A DNA stretch of 32,000 nt from Pseudoalteromonas translucida KMM 520 (GCF_001465295.1 NZ_CP011034.1:2820001-2852000); one strand, 5' to 3'; shown: positions 1 through 8,182, numbered from the stretch's first letter. Notes: generated by a model from the sequence alone, not told the origin. Translations and numbers: made by a program.

Positions 1-334
1 CAATAAACCAATCTTTATTCTCGCCTTCAACTTCTAAAAAGCCAAAACCGTCTCTGTGGCCTACTACTTTGCCTTTAGTTAAACCGGCTTCGTCAATTAG
101 GGCGTAACATTTATGCTTATTAAAATACAGCTGGCCGTCACGTTCCATAGCACGAAGGCGGCGTTTAAATGCAATTTGCCGTTCTTCATCGTTTACCGCT
201 AGTTCTTCACATAACTGTGCATAGTTAGCAGGTTTTGAACGCTCTTGAAGGTGAGTAAGTATAAACTCACGGCTAGGGACTGGGTTTTCGTACTTTTCTT
301 GTTCTCGACTGAGATTTGGATCTTGGTTTGACAT
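1..334 (-). CDS. rnr: Ribonuclease R, N-terminal part (gene runs off the window start)
   Basis: My translation of the minus strand from the ATG at 334-332 gives MSNQDPNLSREQEKYENPVPSREFILTHLQERSKPANY...RRLRAMERDGQLYFNKHKCYAL...GHRDGFGFLEVEG. This matches the E. coli RNase R N-terminus as I recall it (EKYANPIPSREFILEHL..RRLRAMERDGQL..GHRDGYGFL). It is absent from the ORF track because it is truncated by the window edge. Confidence 0.85.
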   Translation of the reverse strand, partial: MSNQDPNLSREQEKYENPVPSREFILTHLQERSKPANYAQLCEELAVNDEERQIAFKRRLRAMERDGQLYFNKHKCYALIDEAGLTKGKVVGHRDGFGFLEVEGENKDWFI

Positions 335-469
335 TCACTATCTTGTTAGTTTGGTTATGTAGGTATTTTAACCCATATAGCTAAAATGAGACAGGTAAAA
401 GCTATTAAACTTTTAAGAAAGCACTTTCACCTTACTTTTTGTGTTTTAAAACTTAGCCTAATAGGGCTT

Positions 470-497
470 AACCCGCCCTTAATTTTGTGGCGGGTTT
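470..497 (-). terminator. GC-rich hairpin downstream of the crotonase gene (possible terminator, non-canonical)
   Basis: AACCCGCC (470-477) pairs with GGCGGGTT (489-496) around an 11-nt loop, in an otherwise AT-rich spacer between the crotonase stop (566) and the rnr start (334). No clean U-tract follows on the minus strand; TTT follows on the plus strand. Confidence 0.3.
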
Positions 498-565
498 AGT
501 CTACTATAAGTTAAAATTAGTAGCTCAAACAAACTCATCAAAGCCTATTCAGCACTAAGTTAGTA

Positions 566-1300
566 TTATTTTTGCTGTAAATTTTTCCATAGCAATTTAC
601 TGATATTATCGATAAAGATCGGATCTTCTGCTTCCATGGTTAACACTATTTGTTTATTCATTTGGGTTTTATTTTGAGCGTAAATCCAACGGTTTTTATT
701 AAATTGTTGTGCAAAGCCCAGGGCACCTGCTTGTAATTGAGCTTCATCAGCAAAAATAGCTTCTACTACTTTGTTATCTAATAACTCTTGTGCCCCCACT
801 CGCATACCCGACATAGCTAAACGGTTAAAAAAGCTTTGTGGAATAGCTTTATTAATAATAGGAAACATTGATGGAAAAAATGGCACCATCACATCGACTT
901 CAGGAAAACAAAAAAATCCCTTATCAGATTTCATTAGCCTAAAATCACAAGCGCAGGCTAATACCGCACCATTACCATAAGTGTGACCATTTAACGCGGC
1001 AATAATGGGCATAGGAAACGTAACAATACGTTTTAATAACGCGGTTACATCACTCATAAAGCTCGCAATTATTTCTGGGGTATTACTCGTATTAGCCATC
1101 CACTCTAGGTCAATTCCCAACGACCAATTTTTTTCACTGTTGGATGTAAGCACCACCGACTTAATATTTTTATCGGCTTCTATTTGATCTAGATGCTGAT
1201 TAAGCTCGGCCAAAAAACCTGGATTATGGCGATTTTCGGTGGTGTTCATGGTTAAAACGGCCGTGTGTTCTTCGGTTTTTATTGCTATAAAACGTGTCAT
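566..1300 (-). CDS. Enoyl-CoA hydratase/isomerase (crotonase) family protein
   Basis: The 244-aa ORF has a strong SD (GAGGGAATAA before the ATG on the minus strand). It shows crotonase-fold hallmarks: ...KSVVLTS..WSLGIDL... and PIIAALNGHTYGNGAVLACACDFRLM (oxyanion-hole region). Substrate cannot be inferred. Confidence 0.8.
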   Translation of the reverse strand: MTRFIAIKTEEHTAVLTMNTTENRHNPGFLAELNQHLDQIEADKNIKSVVLTSNSEKNWSLGIDLEWMANTSNTPEIIASFMSDVTALLKRIVTFPMPIIAALNGHTYGNGAVLACACDFRLMKSDKGFFCFPEVDVMVPFFPSMFPIINKAIPQSFFNRLAMSGMRVGAQELLDNKVVEAIFADEAQLQAGALGFAQQFNKNRWIYAQNKTQMNKQIVLTMEAEDPIFIDNISKLLWKNLQQK

Positions 1301-1469
1301 TTATTCCCTCACTGAGTGTTTTAGATGCTTTTTTAGCGATTTTCATTACTTTTATGATTATCAGTAGCATACTAATACCTTGTATAAAATTTATAAACCC
1401 ACTATTACGTTTTCACTGTTTTAAACATCGCTGCAGCTAAGTCACTTTGCTTTAAACTCGGGCTTTGGC

Positions 1470-2084
1470 TTATAACCACCCCTTTTGCTTAGCTATGCGT
1501 GCCGCATCAATGCGATTTGTGGCATTTAATTTTGCTATCGCATCACAGAGGTAATTCCGCGTGGTCCCTTCGCTTATAAATAACTGTTTGGCTATTTCAC
1601 TGGTTTTAAGCCCGTCGCTTGCAAGCTTTAACGCCTTACGTTCTTTATCGGTCAGTGGATCTGAGTCATTTAGTGCATTAATAGCAAGCTCTGCATCAAT
1701 TACCTTTTGCCCCAGCATTACTTTTTTAAGGGCTGTTATTAATTCATCACTCGGCGCTTCTTTTAAAATAAAACCCTTTACGCCAGCACTTAAAGAACGC
1801 CTAATGTAACCGGCACGTGAGAAAGTGGTCATAATAACCATTTTTATAGCTGGGTATTTTACAGCTATTTGCTCACTCAGCTCGATGCCGTTCATGTGCG
1901 GCATTTCGATATCAGTTAAAATAATATCGGGCAGGGCATTACTTTCAAGCATGCTTACCGCTGCTAGTGCATCTTGGCCGTTACTTGCTTGACCAATAAC
2001 CTCTATATTGAAATCTAAGCCTAGCAATGCTGCGATTGCATCACCTACCAGTGCCTGATCTTCAACTAAATACACGGTGATCAT
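1470..2084 (-). CDS. Two-component response regulator, NarL/LuxR (DesR-like) family
   Basis: The receiver domain has an acidic pocket (YLVEDQ) and a phospho-acceptor context (IILTDIEMPHMNG), plus K in VKGFILKEAP. The C-terminal LuxR HTH is LTDKERKALKLASDGLKTSEIAKQLFISEGTTRNYLCDAIAKLNATNRIDAARIA. It overlaps the kinase gene by 4 bp (ATGA). Confidence 0.9.
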   Translation of the reverse strand: MITVYLVEDQALVGDAIAALLGLDFNIEVIGQASNGQDALAAVSMLESNALPDIILTDIEMPHMNGIELSEQIAVKYPAIKMVIMTTFSRAGYIRRSLSAGVKGFILKEAPSDELITALKKVMLGQKVIDAELAINALNDSDPLTDKERKALKLASDGLKTSEIAKQLFISEGTTRNYLCDAIAKLNATNRIDAARIAKQKGWL

Positions 2085-3196
2085 GTTAAATCCTTAGTAG
2101 TTAATGGCAGCATTACATTTAAACTAAAGTTATCCTCACAGCTGAATGTTGCCGTGCCATTTAATTGCTCTGCTCGTTCTTTAATACCATTTAGACCATT
2201 GCCCTGCTTTAATGTACTGCATGAGCTAGTATCAATCACGGTTATTAGTAATTGCTGCTGACTTTGCGCTATATTAACGACACATTTCTTTGTACCACTA
2301 TGGCGCAGTAAATTAGTCACCGCTTCTGTGATTATTAGGCTTGCTATACCCTCTACTTTAGCCGGTAATGTTGCTAAACTTACGTTACATTCAACCTCAA
2401 AGCCTTGCTCGATTAACCTTTGTTTTAATTGAGATATTTGACTAGAAAGATTAAGCTGTTTTAAATTACTCACCGCATTCCTTACATCACTTAACAGCTG
2501 CCTTGCAAGCTCTGCAACCTGCGCTATTTCGCTATTTGCTTGTGTGTAACGTTCACTGTGGTTTAATTTATTCGCCAACTCGGCTTTTAACGCAATAGAT
2601 GAAAGCGAGTGACCTAAAATATCATGTAAATCGCGTGCAATGCGTTCGCGCTCAGCAATCGCCGAGAGCTGCTCTAGTTGTGTCGCACTTTGTTGTTCTC
2701 GCGCTTTATAGCGCTGCTCTCTTTTTGCGGCAATGCCGTAACTAAATAAGGTCGCCGTCAAAATTAATGATACCGCTAAAAAATACTCCGCTTTGCCAAC
2801 ATCTGCCAAATAGGTACTTAACAACACAGTTAAAATGAGCACTAACGCTAAGTAAACACGCCTCTGCAGGTGATAAGCATAACCGATAATATAAGCAATA
2901 AAGCCAAATAAGGTCGGTGTACCAGTGGTATAAAACGTCGCACTAAAACAAATCAGTAGCATGGCGATTACTAACTTAGTAGTGCCGCTATTTGTGCCTG
3001 TATTTTCGCAATTGATTGCTTTTACATAGAGCAAAATAAAAGCAATATACAAGGCTAAAGACATAATAATGGTGGACGCAGTCAAGTTTGCAAAATCAAT
3101 GATTAACGGCAGTAAATAAAAACTAGTAAAAATTAAATGCCCATATTTCCAAAAGTCTTTATTTATCTGTTTCGAAACCGTGTTGAGTGAATTCAT
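2081..3196 (-). CDS. Sensor histidine kinase, HisKA_3 (DesK/LiaS-like), multi-TM N-terminus without obvious extracytoplasmic domain
   Basis: The H-box is ERERIARDLHDILGHSLSSI, the N-box ITEAVTNLLRHS and the G-box-like region GNGLNGIKERA. The first ~165 aa are almost entirely hydrophobic segments joined by short loops. AGAGG lies about 10 nt upstream of the ATG. Confidence 0.9.
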   Translation of the reverse strand: MNSLNTVSKQINKDFWKYGHLIFTSFYLLPLIIDFANLTASTIIMSLALYIAFILLYVKAINCENTGTNSGTTKLVIAMLLICFSATFYTTGTPTLFGFIAYIIGYAYHLQRRVYLALVLILTVLLSTYLADVGKAEYFLAVSLILTATLFSYGIAAKREQRYKAREQQSATQLEQLSAIAERERIARDLHDILGHSLSSIALKAELANKLNHSERYTQANSEIAQVAELARQLLSDVRNAVSNLKQLNLSSQISQLKQRLIEQGFEVECNVSLATLPAKVEGIASLIITEAVTNLLRHSGTKKCVVNIAQSQQQLLITVIDTSSCSTLKQGNGLNGIKERAEQLNGTATFSCEDNFSLNVMLPLTTKDLT

Positions 3197-3197
3197 A

Positions 3198-3353
3198 CTA
3201 AGACCTCTGGCATATTGTTTTAGTTATAGTTATTTTTTTATTAAATAACACAAAAACACCTAACAGCATAAAGTAACTTACACTTGAAATACTAAAGCTG
3301 TGTATTTCAAAAAATTCGCTAATTGTTAAACTGATTAAAATTAAACTATTCAT
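3198..3353 (-). CDS. Putative 51-aa small membrane protein directly upstream of the sensor kinase
   Basis: The ORF track gives 3198-3395. The internal ATG at 3353 is preceded by GGAGAG (complement of 3359-3364) with a 5-nt spacer. The product is MNSLILISLTISEFFEIHSFSISSVSYFMLLGVFVLFNKKITITKTICQRS. Its TAG stop (3200-3198) is separated by one nucleotide from the kinase ATG (3196). No family recognised. Confidence 0.45.
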   Translation of the reverse strand: MNSLILISLTISEFFEIHSFSISSVSYFMLLGVFVLFNKKITITKTICQRS

Positions 3354-3415
3354 AGTGGCTCTCCATTTGCTTAGCTTAACTATGTCAGCTCTCAATCAGT
3401 TATAAGAGTGTAATG

Positions 3416-3443
3416 TGTCATTAACTTTGCTGACATTTGTCAT
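3416..3443. promoter_or_regulatory. Candidate operator in the divergent promoter region: TGTCAT direct repeat plus TGACA-TT-TGTCA palindrome
   Basis: TGTCAT occurs at 3416-3421 and 3438-3443, 22 bp apart. The palindrome TGACATTTGTCA lies at 3431-3442. Both sit in the 133-bp spacer between the mini-ORF/kinase operon start (3353) and the start of the EamA ORF (3487). Confidence 0.25.
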
Positions 3444-3513
3444 AGATTAAAAATTTTCATCTTAAGGGTTTGGCAGTAATGCTAAGATGCAAAAAAAACC
3501 ACAAGGAAACGTA

Positions 3514-4380
3514 ATGCAGTCGCAACAGCAAAGTTTAATTTACCTACACATTGCCGTATTACTATTTGGTGGCACCGCGCTATTTGCAAAGTTAATTGGT
3601 TTAAATGCACTCGACATTACCGTGTATCGTGCAGCTATAGCCGGCATCGCTATTTTTATTTTGCTCAGCATGCAAAAAAAGCCGATTAAGCTAAACCAAG
3701 GTAAAGATTACTTAATTGCCCTATTACTCGGTGTAGCAGTAGGCATACATTGGGTTACTTATTTTGCGGGAATGCAACTTGCTGGGATCACCATTGGTAT
3801 GTTGGCTTTTTTTAGCTATCCGGTAATAACCGTGTTTTTAGAGCCGTTTTTTCATAAAAGTAAGCCCAAAGCAAAAGACATTATTAGTGCGGCGGTAGTG
3901 TTACTTGGCATTTATTTATTAATACCGAATGCTAATTTAGGTAATGATGTAACACTTGGGGTGATCACTGGGGTTATTTCGGCCTTCTTTTTTGCCATTC
4001 GTAATATCATTCATAAGCGCTATTTTAATCAATACGGTGGCCCGCAAACCATGTTTTATCAAACCTTGGTTGCCAGCCTAATGCTTTGCGCGTTTATTGA
4101 AGTGCCTATTTATTCAACCACTAATCACGATTTGGCACTCATTTTAGTGGCGGGAGTTATATTTACCGCTGCTCCACACTCATTATTTGCTGCCAGTTTA
4201 AAGCATTTATCAGCGGCAACCGCGGGGCTAATTGCTTGCCTTCAGCCACTTTACGGCACATTATTAGCTATTATTATTTTGCATGAGCGCCCTTCTATCG
4301 CCACTTTTATAGGTGGTGCATTAATTGTTAGCGCTGCTTGTTTTGAAACTTGGTCTATTGCACGGAAATCACGCCAATGA
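3514..4380 (+). CDS. EamA/DMT-superfamily transporter (about 10 TM)
   Basis: The protein is hydrophobic with two EamA-like halves. The track start is 3487, but the ATG at 3514 has AAGGAA 6 nt upstream, so I prefer 3514 (start uncertain). The stop TGA overlaps the next gene's ATG (ATGA at 4377-4380). Confidence 0.85.
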   Translation: MQSQQQSLIYLHIAVLLFGGTALFAKLIGLNALDITVYRAAIAGIAIFILLSMQKKPIKLNQGKDYLIALLLGVAVGIHWVTYFAGMQLAGITIGMLAFFSYPVITVFLEPFFHKSKPKAKDIISAAVVLLGIYLLIPNANLGNDVTLGVITGVISAFFFAIRNIIHKRYFNQYGGPQTMFYQTLVASLMLCAFIEVPIYSTTNHDLALILVAGVIFTAAPHSLFAASLKHLSAATAGLIACLQPLYGTLLAIIILHERPSIATFIGGALIVSAACFETWSIARKSRQ

Positions 4381-5069
4381 AAGTATTTGCCCATCGTGGT
4401 GCCAGTGGGCACTTTCCAGAGAACACTCAAAGCGCCATTATGGCGGCCTTACAAATAGGCGTTGATGGCATTGAAGTAGATGTACAAAGCGCGCTTGATG
4501 ATTACATGATCATTCACGACACTTGGCTTGATAGAACCACTGACGGCCTAGGTAAAGTGTGTAACTTTACTGCTGCTCATATTATGCAACTCAATGCTGG
4601 TAATGGCGAAAAAGTACCGACTTTACAGCAACTTTTTAACTGGAATAATAATCAAACACTCTTAAATTTAGAGCTAAAACATACTTTTAATCTTGAACAG
4701 TTTGCTGCTCAAGTTGAAAAAAACATTACAGAAAAACGCATATCAGCAGATAACATTTTAGTGTCGTCGTTCGATCATCATCAACTAGCTTGGTTAAAAA
4801 AACGTTTACCTTGGCTAAAAATGGGTGCACTAACGTCATCTATACCAATTAATTATGCAAAGTTTGCTGAAGACTTAGGCGCGTACAGTGTTCATGTAGA
4901 TAAAAACTTTATAAATAAAGCCTTTGTAGATGATGCAAAACAACGTGGTTTAATAATTTATGCGTACACTGTAGACAAACAACAAGATATAAAGCTGATG
5001 CTAGATTTAGGTGTGGATGGTATTTTTACAAATTATCCGGCACAAACTAAAGCTTACTTAGGTGATTAA
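4377..5069 (+). CDS. Glycerophosphodiester phosphodiesterase (UgpQ-like, cytoplasmic)
   Basis: The product starts MKVFAHRGASGHFPENTQSAIMAALQIGVDGIEVDVQ....IIHDTWLDRTTDG.G, which carries the GDPD signatures HRG..PENT, E.D and HD..ldRtt. There is no signal peptide. I moved the start from 4350 to the ATG at 4377, which overlaps the EamA stop. Confidence 0.87.
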   Translation: MKVFAHRGASGHFPENTQSAIMAALQIGVDGIEVDVQSALDDYMIIHDTWLDRTTDGLGKVCNFTAAHIMQLNAGNGEKVPTLQQLFNWNNNQTLLNLELKHTFNLEQFAAQVEKNITEKRISADNILVSSFDHHQLAWLKKRLPWLKMGALTSSIPINYAKFAEDLGAYSVHVDKNFINKAFVDDAKQRGLIIYAYTVDKQQDIKLMLDLGVDGIFTNYPAQTKAYLGD

Positions 5070-5093
5070 TAAGAATCAAATGGTCTGTACATA

Positions 5094-6314
5094 ATGAGTA
5101 GCTATATGCGAATTTATAATTTTTTAGAAAAAACACTTTTTTTTACCTTAACGCGCAAGATTGTGGGTAATTTAAGTTTTGTATTTTTATTTCAAGCTAT
5201 TACTTTATTTTGGTTGTATGAAAGCTTAACCCTGAACCAACAAAGTACTGGGGTATTTTGGGCATTAGCTTTAGTGATTGTGGCTGGCTTTATTTTTACC
5301 CTATTTTATATGCGATTTTTAATGGTGCGCCCAGTAAAGGCAATGCGCGACACGCTGATAAAGATAAACCAGCAAGATGCTGACTTATCGGCAAAGTTAC
5401 CCCATTTTACTTATGATGAGTTTCGTGAGCTAAGCGAGCAATACAATCTTTTTACTGATCATTTAAATCAGCTACTAAACACAACCTACAATAGCGCCCA
5501 AGCAGGCGTGCAAAGTACCGAGCAAGTAACTCAGTCTATGCAACATACTGAGCAACTAAGCGGACAACAAATACATTTAAGCCATACAATTATAAATGCC
5601 AGCAACCAAATAGCGCAGAGCTTACAAAATATAGTAAGTAATACCGACAGCGTGCATAAAGTAAATAATGAGCATTTAAATTTTGTTAAGCTTTCGGCAA
5701 CAGAGTTGTCGGCCTTAGTGCAACAAGTAAAATTAATAACCGATATGCTAACCGGCTTCTCGGCAACTATTTCGGGCTTAAAAGAAAACAGTGAAAACAT
5801 TCGTAGCATTTTAAAAATGGTGGAAGAGTTTTCTGATCAAACCAACCTACTAGCCCTAAATGCCGCCATTGAAGCAGCAAGAGCCGGTGATGCGGGACGT
5901 GGTTTTGCGGTAGTTGCCGATGAAGTGCGCACTCTTTCAATTAAGGTAAGTGGTGCAACGCGCCAAATTAGTGATTTTATAAACCAAATGAACGAGCTAG
6001 TAAACGAAACAAACAAAGAGTCAGAGCAATTAATTACTCACTCACACAATGCGCAAAAATCAATAAATAGCACTTCTAATGGTTTTACTAATATGCTTAC
6101 TGAGTTTGAGCATAACCAGCAACAGTTACAACAAATTGCCGAGGCTGTGCACTTACTTGAGCAAACACAAAATCAAACCCACCAATCGGTAGAGCATATT
6201 GTAGCGCTTGGCGAGCAAGCCAAACAAACCATAGATACAGCACTTAATGATTGCCAACAATCACAAAACCTCAGCCAGCAAACACAACAACAACTAAAAC
6301 GCTTTGTGCAGTAA
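5094..6314 (+). CDS. Methyl-accepting chemotaxis protein with minimal periplasmic loop
   Basis: The conserved signalling hairpin tip is [35 protein letters not shown]. Two N-terminal TM segments are separated by about 10 residues ([10 protein letters not shown]), followed by a HAMP-like segment. An alternative start lies at 5106. Confidence 0.9.
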   Translation: MSSYMRIYNFLEKTLFFTLTRKIVGNLSFVFLFQAITLFWLYESLTLNQQSTGVFWALALVIVAGFIFTLFYMRFLMVRPVKAMRDTLIKINQQDADLSAKLPHFTYDEFRELSEQYNLFTDHLNQLLNTTYNSAQAGVQSTEQVTQSMQHTEQLSGQQIHLSHTIINASNQIAQSLQNIVSNTDSVHKVNNEHLNFVKLSATELSALVQQVKLITDMLTGFSATISGLKENSENIRSILKMVEEFSDQTNLLALNAAIEAARAGDAGRGFAVVADEVRTLSIKVSGATRQISDFINQMNELVNETNKESEQLITHSHNAQKSINSTSNGFTNMLTEFEHNQQQLQQIAEAVHLLEQTQNQTHQSVEHIVALGEQAKQTIDTALNDCQQSQNLSQQTQQQLKRFVQ

Positions 6315-6340
6315 TACCTAATTTATTAAAAATAGGTATT
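6313..6340 (+). terminator. Hairpin after the MCP gene (possible terminator)
   Basis: AATACCTA (6313-6320) pairs with TAGGTATT (6333-6340) around a 12-nt loop. It overlaps the MCP stop codon and is followed by TGC. The stem is AT-rich. Confidence 0.35.
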
Positions 6341-6351
6341 TGCTAACAAGT

Positions 6352-6381
6352 TTATGGGTATAACAAGCGTTTTACCCATAA
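6352..6381 (+). terminator. Second hairpin in the MCP-queG spacer
   Basis: TTATGGGTA (6352-6360) pairs with TACCCATAA (6373-6381), a 9-bp perfect stem with a 12-nt loop. There is no U-tract. Confidence 0.3.
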
Positions 6382-6423
6382 GCTAAATATGTTAAATTAC
6401 CCAGCTATTTATTTAACCGTGTG

Positions 6424-7563
6424 ATGCATGTGAGCGACGCAGTTCCTGATTATAAAAACCTTGCCCAACAAATTAAAGTGTGGGGGCAAGAGCTTGGCTT
6501 TAGCGAAGTAGGTATTACTGATATAGACTTAAGCAAGCATGAAACGCAGTTGCAACGTTGGCTCGACGCCGGCTACCATGGCAATATGGATTACATGGCC
6601 GCTCATGGTATGAAACGTGCTCGCCCTGCTGAGTTAGTACCCGGAACGCAGCGTGTTATTTCGGTGAAAATGAATTACCTGCCCCCCGATGCAGGTTTTG
6701 CCAAAACCCTTAAAAACTCAGATAAAGCGTATATAAGCCGCTACGCTCTTGGCCGCGACTACCATAAATTAATGCGTAACCGCTTAAAAAAATTGGGGCA
6801 AAAAATAGAGCTTGAAATTGGCGAATACGGTTTTAGGCCTTTTGTCGACTCAGCTCCGGTACTTGAGCGCCAACTCGCTGAAAAAGCAGGCTTGGGCTGG
6901 CGCGGTAAACACTCGCTACTTATTAATAAAGAAGCCGGTTCTTGGTTTTTTTTAGGTGAGTTATTTGTTGATTTACCGCTGCCCATAGATGCAGAAAACA
7001 CCTTTGAAGGCTGTGGTAAATGCGTAGCCTGCATAACACTATGCCCAACTGGCGCTATTGTTGAGCCCTACGTGGTAGATGCTCGTAAATGTATATCGTA
7101 CTTAACTATTGAGCTACAAGGTCCTATTCCAGAGCAATACAGAACATTATTAGGTAACCGCGTTTATGGTTGTGACGACTGCCAATTAGTTTGCCCGTGG
7201 AATCGCTATGGCCAACTTACCGACGAAAATGATTTTCATCCGCGCACCCAATTAAAAGATAAAGACCTGCTTGAGCTGTTTGCTTGGGATGAAGCCACTT
7301 TTTTAAAAAACACCGAAGGCAGCCCTATTCGTCGTATTGGCCACGAGCGTTGGTTGCGTAATTTGGCTGTAGGCTTAGGTAATGCTGAATTTAGCCCGAG
7401 CATTATTCATGCCCTAGAAGATAAAAGCCTAGCTTGCAGTGAACTGGTTTTAGAGCATATAAATTGGGCGCTGCAACAACAACGCAACAAGCAAGGTACT
7501 ATACTGCGTAAAACCGCAAGGCTTATTAGAATTGTTGAAAAAGGCCTACCCCGCGACGCTTAA
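6424..7563 (+). CDS. queG: Epoxyqueuosine reductase (tRNA queuosine biosynthesis)
   Basis: It is near-colinear with E. coli QueG/YjeS as I recall it: ISRYALGRDYHKLMRNRLKKLG, FRPFVDSAPVLERQLAEKAGLGW.GKHSLLIN, ferredoxin motifs CGKCVACITLCPTGA and CDDCQLVCPWN, and C-terminal VEKGLPRDA. The track starts at GTG 6421; the ATG at 6424 is equally possible. Confidence 0.94.
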   Translation: MHVSDAVPDYKNLAQQIKVWGQELGFSEVGITDIDLSKHETQLQRWLDAGYHGNMDYMAAHGMKRARPAELVPGTQRVISVKMNYLPPDAGFAKTLKNSDKAYISRYALGRDYHKLMRNRLKKLGQKIELEIGEYGFRPFVDSAPVLERQLAEKAGLGWRGKHSLLINKEAGSWFFLGELFVDLPLPIDAENTFEGCGKCVACITLCPTGAIVEPYVVDARKCISYLTIELQGPIPEQYRTLLGNRVYGCDDCQLVCPWNRYGQLTDENDFHPRTQLKDKDLLELFAWDEATFLKNTEGSPIRRIGHERWLRNLAVGLGNAEFSPSIIHALEDKSLACSELVLEHINWALQQQRNKQGTILRKTARLIRIVEKGLPRDA

Positions 7564-7578
7564 ATATTTAGGTGTGGA

Positions 7579-7619
7579 GTAAGCACTTTTAATTAATCAC
7601 TACGGTTATAAGTGCTTAC
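7579..7619. repeat. 10-bp perfect inverted repeat between convergent queG and GNAT genes
   Basis: GTAAGCACTT (7579-7588) pairs with AAGTGCTTAC (7610-7619) around a 21-nt loop. The right arm lies inside the last codons of the GNAT gene. No U-tract on either strand, so terminator function is uncertain. Confidence 0.3.
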
Positions 7620-8091
7620 CAAAAATAGTTAAGCTGTAAGGGGTATTATCCATAATGGCCACCTGTGGTAACTCGCCCCACACACTAAAGTTAAAGTGTT
7701 TAAATAGTTTAATACTGGGTAAATTATGACTAAAAATAAACCCTAGTAACACTTTAATATTGAGTTGTTTAGCTTGAGTTTGGGCAAACTCCATCAGTGT
7801 TTTACCTAAACCTTTACCTTGTGCTTTAGCGGTAATATAAATACTTATTTCTACCGTGCCTTCGTAAGCTACTCGCCCATAAAACGGTTTATAACTAAGC
7901 CATGCTAACACTTGGTCATTTTCAGAATATACATAAATTGGCCGCTGAGGAGTGTGGCTATCAAACCAAGCTTGCTTATCGGTAACGCTTACCTCTTCGG
8001 TATCGGCGGTAACCATTCTGCTGGCAATGGTTTCGTTATAAATTGCGACTATAGTTTTTAAATCTTCTGGGCGTGCTAAACGGATTGTCAT
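7606..8091 (-). CDS. GNAT family N-acetyltransferase (phosphinothricin/L-amino-acid acetyltransferase-like)
   Basis: The 161-aa protein has acetyl-CoA motif A (AQGKGLGKTLMEFAQ). Its N-terminal pattern IRLARPEDLKTIVAIYNETI is typical of the PAT/YncA group. Confidence 0.85.
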   Translation of the reverse strand: MTIRLARPEDLKTIVAIYNETIASRMVTADTEEVSVTDKQAWFDSHTPQRPIYVYSENDQVLAWLSYKPFYGRVAYEGTVEISIYITAKAQGKGLGKTLMEFAQTQAKQLNIKVLLGFIFSHNLPSIKLFKHFNFSVWGELPQVAIMDNTPYSLTIFGKHL

Positions 8092-8182
8092 AAGGTCTAG
8101 ATAAGGTTGATCAGTTGCGTTTATATTAGCGTATCATTGAGGCTATAAACAATATGTAACCTTTTAACTTTAGGCATTAAAA

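Noticed and set aside
771-1187. Two plus-strand ORFs (69 and 60 aa) inside the crotonase gene, and 1561-1809 inside the response regulator gene.
   Set aside because: They are antisense shadow ORFs within well-supported genes.
4350-4376. The ORF-track 5' extension of the GDPD gene (MVYCTEITP...).
   Set aside because: It overlaps the EamA 3' end. The ATG at 4377 gives the canonical MKVFAHRG N-terminus and an ATGA stop/start overlap.
5531-5809. A 92-aa Cys-rich ORF antisense to the MCP gene.
   Set aside because: The Cys, Leu and Phe richness is the complement of the Q/A/T-rich MCP codons (CAA, GCA, ACA). There is no independent coding evidence.
6356-6363. The octamer GGGTATAA in the MCP-queG hairpin also occurs in the 10260-10267 arm of the 17-bp repeat. 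This suggested a shared dispersed repeat.
   Set aside because: Only 8 nt are shared, which is expected by chance about once in 64 kb of AT-rich two-strand sequence. The flanking arms differ.
7606-8091. The GNAT gene as a possible GNAT-toxin/antitoxin module.
   Set aside because: There is no small RHH/antitoxin ORF upstream or downstream. The sequence pattern fits phosphinothricin/amino-acid acetyltransferases rather than tRNA-acetylating toxins.
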